DNA from: a candidate division TM6 bacterium GW2011_GWF2_28_16
GTDB taxonomy: Bacteria; Patescibacteriota; Microgenomatia; UBA1400; PJMF01
DNA length: 64,000 bases
NCBI GenBank assembly: GCA_001029715.1
Contig: CP011212.1
Coordinates: 67,407 to 131,406 of the forward strand
Reading direction: 5' to 3'
Shown: in pieces, positions 28,186 through 35,917 of the stretch
Layout of the letters: every line of letters starts with the position of its first letter
Position numbering within the stretch: position 1 is the first letter of the stretch
The notes under the pieces: model-generated
What the model was told of the DNA's origin: nothing
The model's input: the letters and a program-made list of their open reading frames with translations, nothing else
Database searches by the model: none
Program-made: the position numbers and the translations under genes

Positions 28186-28261
28186 GGTGCGTGTGCTAGG
28201 ACTCGAACCTAGAACCGCCAAGGTATAAGCTTGGAGCTCTAACCAATTGAGCTACACACGC
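28186..28261 (-). tRNA. tRNA-Ile, apparent anticodon UAU
   Basis: Manual cloverleaf from the reverse complement: acceptor GCGTGTG/CACACGC, D-arm GCTC-AATTGGTTA-GAGC, anticodon stem CCAAG/CTTGG with loop CTTATAC (U33-UAU-A37), T-arm CTAGG-TTCGAGT-CCTAG. Discriminator A then CC; terminal A not encoded. Confidence 0.75.
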
Positions 28262-28303
28262 GTTGATTTGTGTCAGGGGTAGATTTTACTAAATTTATTG
28301 ACT

Positions 28304-29287
28304 TTATAGAAGTAGTAGCAAGAGTGCGCCAACGCCTAGGGCTCCAAGGCCAGCTTTAATGTAGTTCATCCAATCAGCTGGGCCACTTTCAGTAGGAACG
28401 TTGATTGGGCGCACGATGGTGGTTTCACCATTTGCTAATTTGCATTGACTATCTGTAGGATTGACGTCGAGGCGACATTGACCGCTGTAACAAATATGAC
28501 TAATGTTGCTACAGTCAGCATTGGCATTACAAGTTTCGTTGCAGCCAACAGTGGTAATAACGGTGGTAACAGATGGAGTTGGAGTGCTGGTAGCGGTCAC
28601 AGTAGTAGTTGGAGTTACGGTTGTAGTTACAGTAGTGGTTGGAGTAACAGTTGTAGTAACGGTTGGAGTAACAGTTACGGTTGCTTCACAACAAGTTGTG
28701 CTACTAGGATCGGCGACACATTCATCGAGATAATCTTCATCTGCACAGTATTTAACAATGTTTCCATCGCCATCAGTATCTGAAGTAGAAATACAAACAT
28801 AACCATCTTCGCAGTCATCGCTGTTGGTACAGTCTTTTTCACCACAAGAAAGCAAGTTTTCTTCTGGAGCGGTGCAACAAGAGTCAGTGTTTGGATCATC
28901 TATACAGGCTGTTTTATAATCTTCATCTGCACAATATTTATTGCCATTGTCGGCCTCAATACAAATTAAATTACTGCTACAGTCATCGTCACTTTCGCAA
29001 CCACTCAAACCACAGGTAATTTTATCTGGTTCTGTAACTGTAAATTCAAGAGTACAAGTTTGAGTTTTTTCAATATAAGCAGCTGGCTGAGATTGAGGGG
29101 CAGTTGGGGCGACTGGAGTAGTGTCTTGTTTTTGCGTAATTAAGAAAACACTAACTGCGCCACCAACAAAAATTAGTAGACCCAGCAACATAGCGATCAC
29201 TTTAAAATCGCCTTTTTTCTTCAGAGCAGTTTGTCCTTGCTTTGATTTTACGTAGGTCGCTGGTGTTTCAATTTGTTCTATGTTCAT
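28304..29287 (-). CDS. Cys-rich, Thr-repeat cell-surface protein with N-terminal signal anchor and C-terminal hydrophobic tail
   Basis: N-terminal TM helix. Two copies of a Cys-rich module (C..SGCESDDDCSSNLICIE...KYCADEDY..C..DP....CC). Thr/Val/Pro repeat TVTPTTTVTTTVTPTTTV. C-terminal GLGALGVGALLLLLL. Confidence 0.6.
   Translation of the reverse strand: MNIEQIETPATYVKSKQGQTALKKKGDFKVIAMLLGLLIFVGGAVSVFLITQKQDTTPVAPTAPQSQPAAYIEKTQTCTLEFTVTEPDKITCGLSGCESDDDCSSNLICIEADNGNKYCADEDYKTACIDDPNTDSCCTAPEENLLSCGEKDCTNSDDCEDGYVCISTSDTDGDGNIVKYCADEDYLDECVADPSSTTCCEATVTVTPTVTTTVTPTTTVTTTVTPTTTVTATSTPTPSVTTVITTVGCNETCNANADCSNISHICYSGQCRLDVNPTDSQCKLANGETTIVRPINVPTESGPADWMNYIKAGLGALGVGALLLLLL
28560..28685. 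repeat. imperfect tandem ~24-30-bp coding repeats (Thr/Val/Pro linker)
   Basis: Direct repeats GTTGGAGTAACAGTTGTAGTAACG / GTTGGAGTTACGGTTGTAGTTACAGTAGTG inside the minus-strand surface-protein gene. Confidence 0.6.
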
Positions 29288-29291
29288 TATT

Positions 29292-30683
29292 TTAATTCAC
29301 ATTATCTATCATTGTGCTTGGTGAATTATCCACCATTTCCCAAACTTGGCATTCCGTTCCCCAGCAAATACGACCCTGGACAACGTAATCTCCAAAGCTT
29401 GAAATGGTGTAGGAATCAGATACATTTTTAGCAATTGCGCCACTAGTGTCAGTTAGATCTATCCAAGAGCTCATGCCTGGAGCCCAGATTCTAAATTCAT
29501 AATTAAAGTCAACTCCTTGGTTGCCGACAGCAGTGCAACGGAAGCGCACCTCATCTCCGTCCTTGAGACTATCATCATCGTTTGCTTCCATAGTATTGTT
29601 ATTAGCATCTAGCATATCTATGCTGGCACAAACTGGCATAGCCTGGCTTTCACAACAATTGGCAGTGCTTGGATCAGCTGCGCAAAACAATTGATTTTCT
29701 CCTTTGGCACAAATACCAGTCGATTGAGAGTCGACTGTTACTGTTTGACAAGTAAGACCATTTTGACAGTCAGAATTTTGAGTACAACCAATCACTCCGC
29801 AGGCTAAAAGTTCTGGAGGTGTAGTAGGAGTTGGAGTAGGTGTTCTATTTGGAGGATTAGTTGGAGTAGGGGTTGGTGTGGCGCAATCTGAACAATCAGC
29901 TCCAGCATCACCGCATAAAGCATCACAACTTGAGGCACTGCCTATCACCCACCAGCCAGCGCTACATTGGCAACGCATTAAGCCAGATTCTTCACAGTTT
30001 TCGATTACTGAAGTATTTGGATTGTCGCACCAATCTCCGCCCATGGATTGTTCTGTGCACGGATCTTGATCGGTAACGTAACCGCACATGGTATCGCCAT
30101 TGGCGATTATTCTACAGGTAGTACTAACACATGGTCCACCAGCTACGAGTCTATGCAGATTTGGACCGCAGGCCGCCACAGTTGTGGTTGGAGTAACGGT
30201 CGAACCACCCGTGGGTGTACAGGCACCATCAATTACACGATAGCCAGTAATACATCTTCCACTAGTACCATTACAATATGGATCTCCTTCCATACACATC
30301 TCACTGGCTTGTTGGCGGTTGTCTTGATTTTGTCTGCTAAGTATATAACTAGAAAAAACCCCAACTACCAAGAAAAAAACTATAAGTAAGCCAGCCAATT
30401 TATTATTTGATTTCTTTTTCACTTGAAAAGATGGTTTTTGATCAGTTGAAAGTGGATTTTGAATAGAAACAGTTTCAGCACCTGACTTAACTGCCTCTTT
30501 GAGAGGTTCATTATCTGTAATTGTATTACCGCGATATTCTGGTATTTCTGGTTCTTTAGCAAGATCATTCCAAGGGGAATCAATTTTTTCTGGTTCTTTA
30601 ACAAAGTTATCGGAAGAATCCTCTGCCTTGTCTATCTGGCTTTTTTTATATTTAGCTGGTATAAAATCTCTAGGATTATTCAT
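29292..30683 (-). CDS. Cys-rich secreted/surface protein with PT-rich linker
   Basis: N-terminal signal anchor (LAGLLIVFFLVVGVFSSYIL), numerous Cys, PTPTPTNPPNRTPTPTPTTP linker. 463 aa. Confidence 0.6.
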   Translation of the reverse strand: MNNPRDFIPAKYKKSQIDKAEDSSDNFVKEPEKIDSPWNDLAKEPEIPEYRGNTITDNEPLKEAVKSGAETVSIQNPLSTDQKPSFQVKKKSNNKLAGLLIVFFLVVGVFSSYILSRQNQDNRQQASEMCMEGDPYCNGTSGRCITGYRVIDGACTPTGGSTVTPTTTVAACGPNLHRLVAGGPCVSTTCRIIANGDTMCGYVTDQDPCTEQSMGGDWCDNPNTSVIENCEESGLMRCQCSAGWWVIGSASSCDALCGDAGADCSDCATPTPTPTNPPNRTPTPTPTTPPELLACGVIGCTQNSDCQNGLTCQTVTVDSQSTGICAKGENQLFCAADPSTANCCESQAMPVCASIDMLDANNNTMEANDDDSLKDGDEVRFRCTAVGNQGVDFNYEFRIWAPGMSSWIDLTDTSGAIAKNVSDSYTISSFGDYVVQGRICWGTECQVWEMVDNSPSTMIDNVN

Positions 30684-30787
30684 TATTAGACAAAGAAAAT
30701 ACTTCTTCTTTTAAGAATAACCTATTTATAATTGTCTTTGCAAGAGGATATTAGTGTGTTATCTTGCGATTTTAGAGATCATCAACA

Positions 30788-31588
30788 ATGAAATTTTTAA
30801 AATTAAATACAAAACAAAGATATTGGCTAGATTTTATTCTTGTGATGACGCAAAAGGAGATAAAGGCAAGGTATAAGAGAACTTTTTTAGGTCTTTTGTG
30901 GGTAATTTTTAATCCATTCTTGCAGATGCTAATAATTGGTTTGATTTTTCAATTTTTTGTTCCTATGCAAATTGAGAATTATTTTCTTTATCTTTTTGCT
31001 GGTCTTTTACCTTGGAATTTCTTTTCAATGGCGCTTTTGCGCGCGACACCTCTTTTAGTGCAGGAAAGATCTTTGATTCAAAAAGCTGCTTTTCCTAGAG
31101 AATTAATGGTTGTGGCAGTGGTCATGGCAAATTTATTTCATACTTTAGTGGCTAGTTCAGTATTTTTGCTATTTTTAGCTTTTCTAAAGACGAGTTTTTT
31201 TGCTGGTGTCCTATTTTTTATATCTAGCTTTTTCTTAATCTTTTTAATACTTATCTTTTTATTATTTTTTACTTTGGCGACTTGTTTAGTTATTTCTGCA
31301 TTATATGTAAAGATAAGAGATTTAATTTTCATTATCCAACTTTCAATTCAATTGCTATTTTATGCTGTGCCAGTTATCTATAGTCTAGAGATGTTACCGG
31401 AATTTTTTAGAAATCTACTTTATCTAAATCCATTGGTTAGCTATATTGAGGTTTTTAGAGCGGCTGCTTTAAATAGTGTTTTCAATTATAAAATGGCAAT
31501 TTATGCCGGTCTTTTTTCCATTTTTTTTCTATTTTTTGCTCTGCAATTTTTTCGAAAAGAAAGCAAAAATTTTGATGATTGGTTTTAA
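30788..31588 (+). CDS. ABC-2 type transporter permease (Wzm/TagG-like)
   Basis: N-terminal KEIKARYKRTFLGLLWVIFNPFLQMLIIGLIF motif and six TM helices. Translationally coupled to the following ATPase. Confidence 0.85.
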   Translation: MKFLKLNTKQRYWLDFILVMTQKEIKARYKRTFLGLLWVIFNPFLQMLIIGLIFQFFVPMQIENYFLYLFAGLLPWNFFSMALLRATPLLVQERSLIQKAAFPRELMVVAVVMANLFHTLVASSVFLLFLAFLKTSFFAGVLFFISSFFLIFLILIFLLFFTLATCLVISALYVKIRDLIFIIQLSIQLLFYAVPVIYSLEMLPEFFRNLLYLNPLVSYIEVFRAAALNSVFNYKMAIYAGLFSIFFLFFALQFFRKESKNFDDWF

Positions 31589-32649
31589 ATTTTAAAATGA
31601 AAAACAGTAAAAATAAAAAAATAGCTATAAATATAGAAAACGCTAGTAAACGCTATTTCTTGCGATCTGCAAAAGCTAAGAAAAAAGAAACTTTTTTTGC
31701 CTTAAAAGATATAAATATAAAAATATTTAAGGGAGAAAAAGTAGCTATTCTTGGTGACAATGGGGCTGGCAAGACTACTTTGCTCAAAGTAATGACTGGA
31801 ATAGCAGAACCAACTTGTGGGAAAGTGAATAGTATTGGTAAGCTTGTTTCCTTAATTGATATCACGGCTGGTTTTCATCCTGAGTTTTCAGGTCGTGAAA
31901 ATATTTATTTCAATGGCATTCTTTTAGGAATGAATCTTTCTTCAATTAAAAAATTAGAGCAAGAAATAATTAATTTTTCAGGTATAGAAAAATTTATAGA
32001 TCAAGCTCTTTATACCTATTCTTCAGGTATGGTTTTGCGGCTTGGTTTTTCTATTGCTATTCACAGCGATCCAGATATTTTAATTTTGGATGAGGAGGTG
32101 GTGGTGGGAGATCAGGATTTTCAGAAAAAGGCCTATGATGAAATTGAGAAGATTTTTGCTGAAGGTAAAACCATTGTTGTTTGTAGTCATGTTTTACCTT
32201 TACTGAGTAGACTTTGTGAGCGCTTCATCTGGCTAGATAAAGGCAAAGTAAAAATGGATGGAGGTAAAGAGGTTGTTATTGAATATAAAAAGAATCGAAG
32301 TAAATTGGATATAGAAAAAATTGGCAAGATTAAAAATGAAAAAAAATTTTTTCAATTTCTGCAATCTTTGCCAATCGGAGAGAGGTTTATTGTAGAAGCA
32401 GTCAGTGGCAGTATGGAGCCACTTATCTTAAAGGGCGATGAGGTAAGAGTTGAAAGGTGTTCACTTAAAAATATAAGAGTTGGCAACATAATTGCTTATT
32501 GGAGCGATGAATTTAAAAATATCATTGTTCATAGAATTTATAAGAAAAGCTCTAAGGGGATTTTCTTGACTAGAGGAGATAGTAACTATATTGTAGATGA
32601 GATGCCAGTCACAGAAGATATTTTTTTAGGTAAAGTTATTAATTTTTAA
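31579..32649 (+). CDS. ABC transporter ATP-binding protein (Wzt/TagH-like) with C-terminal Sec11/SipW-type signal-peptidase-like domain
   Basis: Walker A GDNGAGKTTLLK, signature YSSGMVLRLGF, Walker B ILILDEEVVVGD. C-terminal ~100 aa carry EAVSGSMEPLILKGDEV, IVHRIYK and LTRGDSNYIVDE, the three boxes of Sec11/SPC18/SipW (S26B) peptidases. Confidence 0.8.
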   Translation: MVLNFKMKNSKNKKIAINIENASKRYFLRSAKAKKKETFFALKDINIKIFKGEKVAILGDNGAGKTTLLKVMTGIAEPTCGKVNSIGKLVSLIDITAGFHPEFSGRENIYFNGILLGMNLSSIKKLEQEIINFSGIEKFIDQALYTYSSGMVLRLGFSIAIHSDPDILILDEEVVVGDQDFQKKAYDEIEKIFAEGKTIVVCSHVLPLLSRLCERFIWLDKGKVKMDGGKEVVIEYKKNRSKLDIEKIGKIKNEKKFFQFLQSLPIGERFIVEAVSGSMEPLILKGDEVRVERCSLKNIRVGNIIAYWSDEFKNIIVHRIYKKSSKGIFLTRGDSNYIVDEMPVTEDIFLGKVINF

Positions 32650-32934
32650 ATGAGGATAAATATGAAAATATTATATATTCGAGACAATGATCTTTATTTT
32701 AAGGAGGAAGACGGCAAAATATTGGTTTTAAAAAAGAACAAAAAAGAAATTGTGGAATTAAATGAGGTTGGCTCTTTGATTTGGAAAGCTTTGAAGACGA
32801 AGAAGTCTATTGATGCTTTGGTGAAAAAAATAAATTCAGCTTTTGAGGGGGCAGATTCTAAGGAGGTAAAAAAAGATGTTGAGGAGTTTATTCTCAAGTG
32901 TTTAAAAGATTCAATAATAGAAAAAATAAATTAG
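32650..32934 (+). CDS. PqqD-like protein (RiPP recognition element family)
   Basis: 94 aa. Pattern LYF.EEDGKILVL....EIVELNEVGSLIWKAL.TKKSIDALVKKINSAF....KEVKKDVEEFILKCLKDSII follows the PqqD/PF05402 consensus. Confidence 0.65.
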   Translation: MRINMKILYIRDNDLYFKEEDGKILVLKKNKKEIVELNEVGSLIWKALKTKKSIDALVKKINSAFEGADSKEVKKDVEEFILKCLKDSIIEKIN

Positions 32935-32938
32935 AGTT

Positions 32939-33922
32939 ATGAAAAAAATTAGCAGACAAGAGTTTGATTATTTAATTAAAAAAAGAAAGCTTGAAGATCC
33001 AAAGAAAATTAAAGCTTTTGAAAAAATACTAAAAGATGAGCGCGGTTATGTTTTCAAAATGCCTAAAAGAGGTTCGAATGTTATTTTAATGGCTTCTGGT
33101 GGACTTGATTCAATGGTTGTTTGGGGAATTTTAATGAAAGAATATGGCTTGAATGTTTATCCGATTACTTTTGACAGAGGTGAAAAAAAAAGAAACAGGG
33201 AATTTGCTGCTTTTAAATATTTTGATAAATTTTATCAGAAAAAATTTCCTAAAAATTATAGAAAATTTTTAGATTTAGACGTAGGACAAGATCAGATTTC
33301 AATAAAAATTGAAGACGGTGTCAAAGATCTACGAGAAGAAACATTATTAAATAATTTTAGAGATGACTTAATGTTTTTTAACCCCTCTTTAGGTGTTTTT
33401 ACTATCTTGCCACTTTTTGCACGTAGTTATGCCATGTATCTAAATGCAATTAAAGGTCTAAAAATTAATACTATTTTTTGTGCCGTCACAGCCAATGATG
33501 GGGAATTAATTGCTCATCAAACCTTAACTTCATTGAGGTCTATTATGTGCAACATGTGTGTTTCAATCAAAGATTATTCTTGGCAGTTTTTGTCAATTTG
33601 TTTAGAGCCAGAAATTAATTCTTTTATAAAGAAATCAGATCTTGTTAAGTGGGGAGAAGATAATAGTTTACCACTAGAAAAATCTTGGAGTTGTTACCAT
33701 GCGAAAAAGTATCAATGTGGTGGAGATAACTGTATTGCTTGTGAAGCGAGAAGAAAAGCATATTTAGAGGCAAAAATAGAAGATAGAACTATTTATAAAA
33801 GCCTTGCAGATCAGGAGATCCTAATTAAAAAAGCGAAAAAAACTTTAAGAAAGTATCTTTCTAGAACAAAAAAGAACTTAATAAACACAGTTAAACGTTT
33901 TTTTGAAGATACGATAAGATAG
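32939..33922 (+). CDS. QueC-family PP-loop ATPase (7-cyano-7-deazaguanine synthase-like) with N-terminal extension
   Basis: PP-loop ILMASGGLDSMVV. ITFDRGEKKRNRE (cf. QueC VTFDYGQRHRAE). C-terminal Zn motif SCYHAKKYQCGGDNCIACEARRKAY (QueC SCY..x..CGxCxxCxxR). ~45 extra N-terminal residues. Confidence 0.7.
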   Translation: MKKISRQEFDYLIKKRKLEDPKKIKAFEKILKDERGYVFKMPKRGSNVILMASGGLDSMVVWGILMKEYGLNVYPITFDRGEKKRNREFAAFKYFDKFYQKKFPKNYRKFLDLDVGQDQISIKIEDGVKDLREETLLNNFRDDLMFFNPSLGVFTILPLFARSYAMYLNAIKGLKINTIFCAVTANDGELIAHQTLTSLRSIMCNMCVSIKDYSWQFLSICLEPEINSFIKKSDLVKWGEDNSLPLEKSWSCYHAKKYQCGGDNCIACEARRKAYLEAKIEDRTIYKSLADQEILIKKAKKTLRKYLSRTKKNLINTVKRFFEDTIR

Positions 33923-34067
33923 AACTATCAAGGGGAAATCTAAGAATGCTGTTTAGAACTAAATTTATTCAGCTACTACTAAGATAGCTTTTAGATCAAT
34001 AATTCTAAGTTGAGGTTTTTTATATTTTTGCATTGTAATTTAATGTTAGATAATTTTTAAGTTGTTG

Positions 34068-34784
34068 TCAACGATTAGATTGCTTTTGAATTATGCCCAG
34101 TCCAGAGCCTAAATAATTTACTTCAATCTTATTTTTGTTTGTTTTTTCTTCCCAAAGTTTCCAGACTCCGTATTTTCCTTCTGGCAAAGTTTCTTTTATA
34201 GAAATATCGTGCAGAAGCATAAGACCTCCTTCATGGAGCATCGGCCAGAAGAGTTTAAAATCTGTTTTTATTCCTTCATAGGAATGGTCTCCGTCTATAT
34301 AGATATATTCATAGCTCATGTTTTTATATTTTTTGGCAAATTTTTGCGTAGTTGTTACAAATAGTTGGATATTATTTTCTAAGCCAAAATTTTTGAAATG
34401 ATCTTTGCCTTCTTGAGTTTTCCAAAAACCTTTTCCGGTCCATGAGCTTTTACCTTCTTTTTTTATTTCATCGCCAAATCCCGCATCAACAAAGTCGACT
34501 TTGCCAAAACCATTGTCATGACAAGCTTGAGCTAGAACAGCTGGTATATATCCATATCGGGATCCAATGCAAAGAATTTTCTTTGCTTTTATTTGTCTGA
34601 GTAGGCCATAGTGAATCCAACCATATCCTAGGTCAGCATTTTTGATATTGGATTCGTGTCCAAATTCATCTGCTTCAAAAAAATTCATTAATTCGGTAAT
34701 TCTTAAATCATTGGAGAGCTTTTTACTTTTTTCTTGCTGATGGAATATTAAATATTTTAAGATTTTTGTTTTGATTCCAAACAT
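34068..34784 (-). CDS. class I SAM-dependent O-methyltransferase (TylF/MycF/CmcI-like)
   Basis: YIDGDHSYEGIKTDFKLFWPMLHEGGLMLLHDI motif typical of Methyltransf_24-type sugar/macrolide O-MTs. 238 aa. Confidence 0.6.
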   Translation of the reverse strand: MFGIKTKILKYLIFHQQEKSKKLSNDLRITELMNFFEADEFGHESNIKNADLGYGWIHYGLLRQIKAKKILCIGSRYGYIPAVLAQACHDNGFGKVDFVDAGFGDEIKKEGKSSWTGKGFWKTQEGKDHFKNFGLENNIQLFVTTTQKFAKKYKNMSYEYIYIDGDHSYEGIKTDFKLFWPMLHEGGLMLLHDISIKETLPEGKYGVWKLWEEKTNKNKIEVNYLGSGLGIIQKQSNR

Positions 34785-34789
34785 AGGTT

Positions 34790-35917
34790 TTAATTCTTTA
34801 AAATTTCGCTAATTTTTTTAATTTTATTATACCAACTATTTTCAATGGCTAATTGTCTAGCCTCTTTTCCATTTTTTTCAATCCAGCTATTTTTTTCAAT
34901 TGTTTCTATATGCTTTTTCCATTCTTGAGCATTTTTTCCTATTTTAATGAATTTTTTGAATTTATTATCAGTTAGTTCTTTTATTTCTGTAGAAATTATT
35001 GGTTTTTCAAAATAAAGATACTCAAAAGTTTTCATTGGATAGCAATTAGCATTAAATGGATAACTGACGTCATAGGGTATTATGCAGAGGTCAAATTGAG
35101 ATATTAATTGAGGAATTTTATCTTTTTTTTGAGATTCAATTTTTTTTACATTGGAGAAAGATAAAAATTTTTTAATTCGTTTTCTTTTATTTTCTTTTAT
35201 TTTTAAGTCTCTTTTAATTGGTCCAATAAAAGTGAAATTAGTTTCTGGCATTAACTTGACTAAATTTATCATTAGATCGTAGTCAATGCGGTCGCTTATG
35301 GCTCCAATAAAACCAACGTTTATTTTCTTCTTCTTTGAGAATTTTATGGGCGATTTTTCAAACATTTGCAAATCAAAGCCCTGAGACACTAAATGAAGCT
35401 TTTTTTTATTATATTTTGCCACTTCTTTTTTTAGGGTCTTTGAATTAACAAAAATATAGTTTGCTTTATCTAAATTTGTTTTATATTTTTTGAAATCAAA
35501 CCAATCAACTATATCTAAGATCAGCTCTCTTTTTTTCAAGTTATGCTTTTCTATTTCCACTGTAAGATCAAAGATCCACTCATATGTTTTTTTATTTATC
35601 GATAGAAAGAAAATAATAAACTCAGTAATAAAATAATTAATTTTGTTATTTAGTTTTGAAAATAAATCTTTTGTAAAGAGAAATTTAATTTTCTTTGGAA
35701 AAAAGTAAAAATATTTATAATAAAAAATGTCATTTTTTTTACTTAATAAAAAGAATTCTTGTTGAAAAAGCTTTTTCCAACTCAAGGAGAAATTTTTTTC
35801 AATAACTAAGACTTTATTATTATTTTGTGTTAAGATCCGAATAGTTTGTAATATGAAATCGCAAATTTCTTGAGGATTTTCATGAGTGGGAACAATAATA
35901 AAACTATTTCTAAGCAT
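34790..35917 (-). CDS. putative glycosyltransferase (GT-B, GT4-like C-terminal domain)
   Basis: C-terminal half (INVGFIGAISDRIDYDLMINLV...FIGP..) resembles the Glycos_transf_1 domain. N-terminal half is divergent. Confidence 0.4.
   Translation of the reverse strand: MLRNSFIIVPTHENPQEICDFILQTIRILTQNNNKVLVIEKNFSLSWKKLFQQEFFLLSKKNDIFYYKYFYFFPKKIKFLFTKDLFSKLNNKINYFITEFIIFFLSINKKTYEWIFDLTVEIEKHNLKKRELILDIVDWFDFKKYKTNLDKANYIFVNSKTLKKEVAKYNKKKLHLVSQGFDLQMFEKSPIKFSKKKKINVGFIGAISDRIDYDLMINLVKLMPETNFTFIGPIKRDLKIKENKRKRIKKFLSFSNVKKIESQKKDKIPQLISQFDLCIIPYDVSYPFNANCYPMKTFEYLYFEKPIISTEIKELTDNKFKKFIKIGKNAQEWKKHIETIEKNSWIEKNGKEARQLAIENSWYNKIKKISEILKN

Noticed and set aside
28560-28690. Periodic short repeats considered as a possible CRISPR or minisatellite.
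   Set aside because: The repeats are in-frame Thr/Val/Pro codon repeats inside a surface-protein gene, with no spacer-like unique units and no cas genes. I scanned the rest of the window and found no repeat-spacer array.
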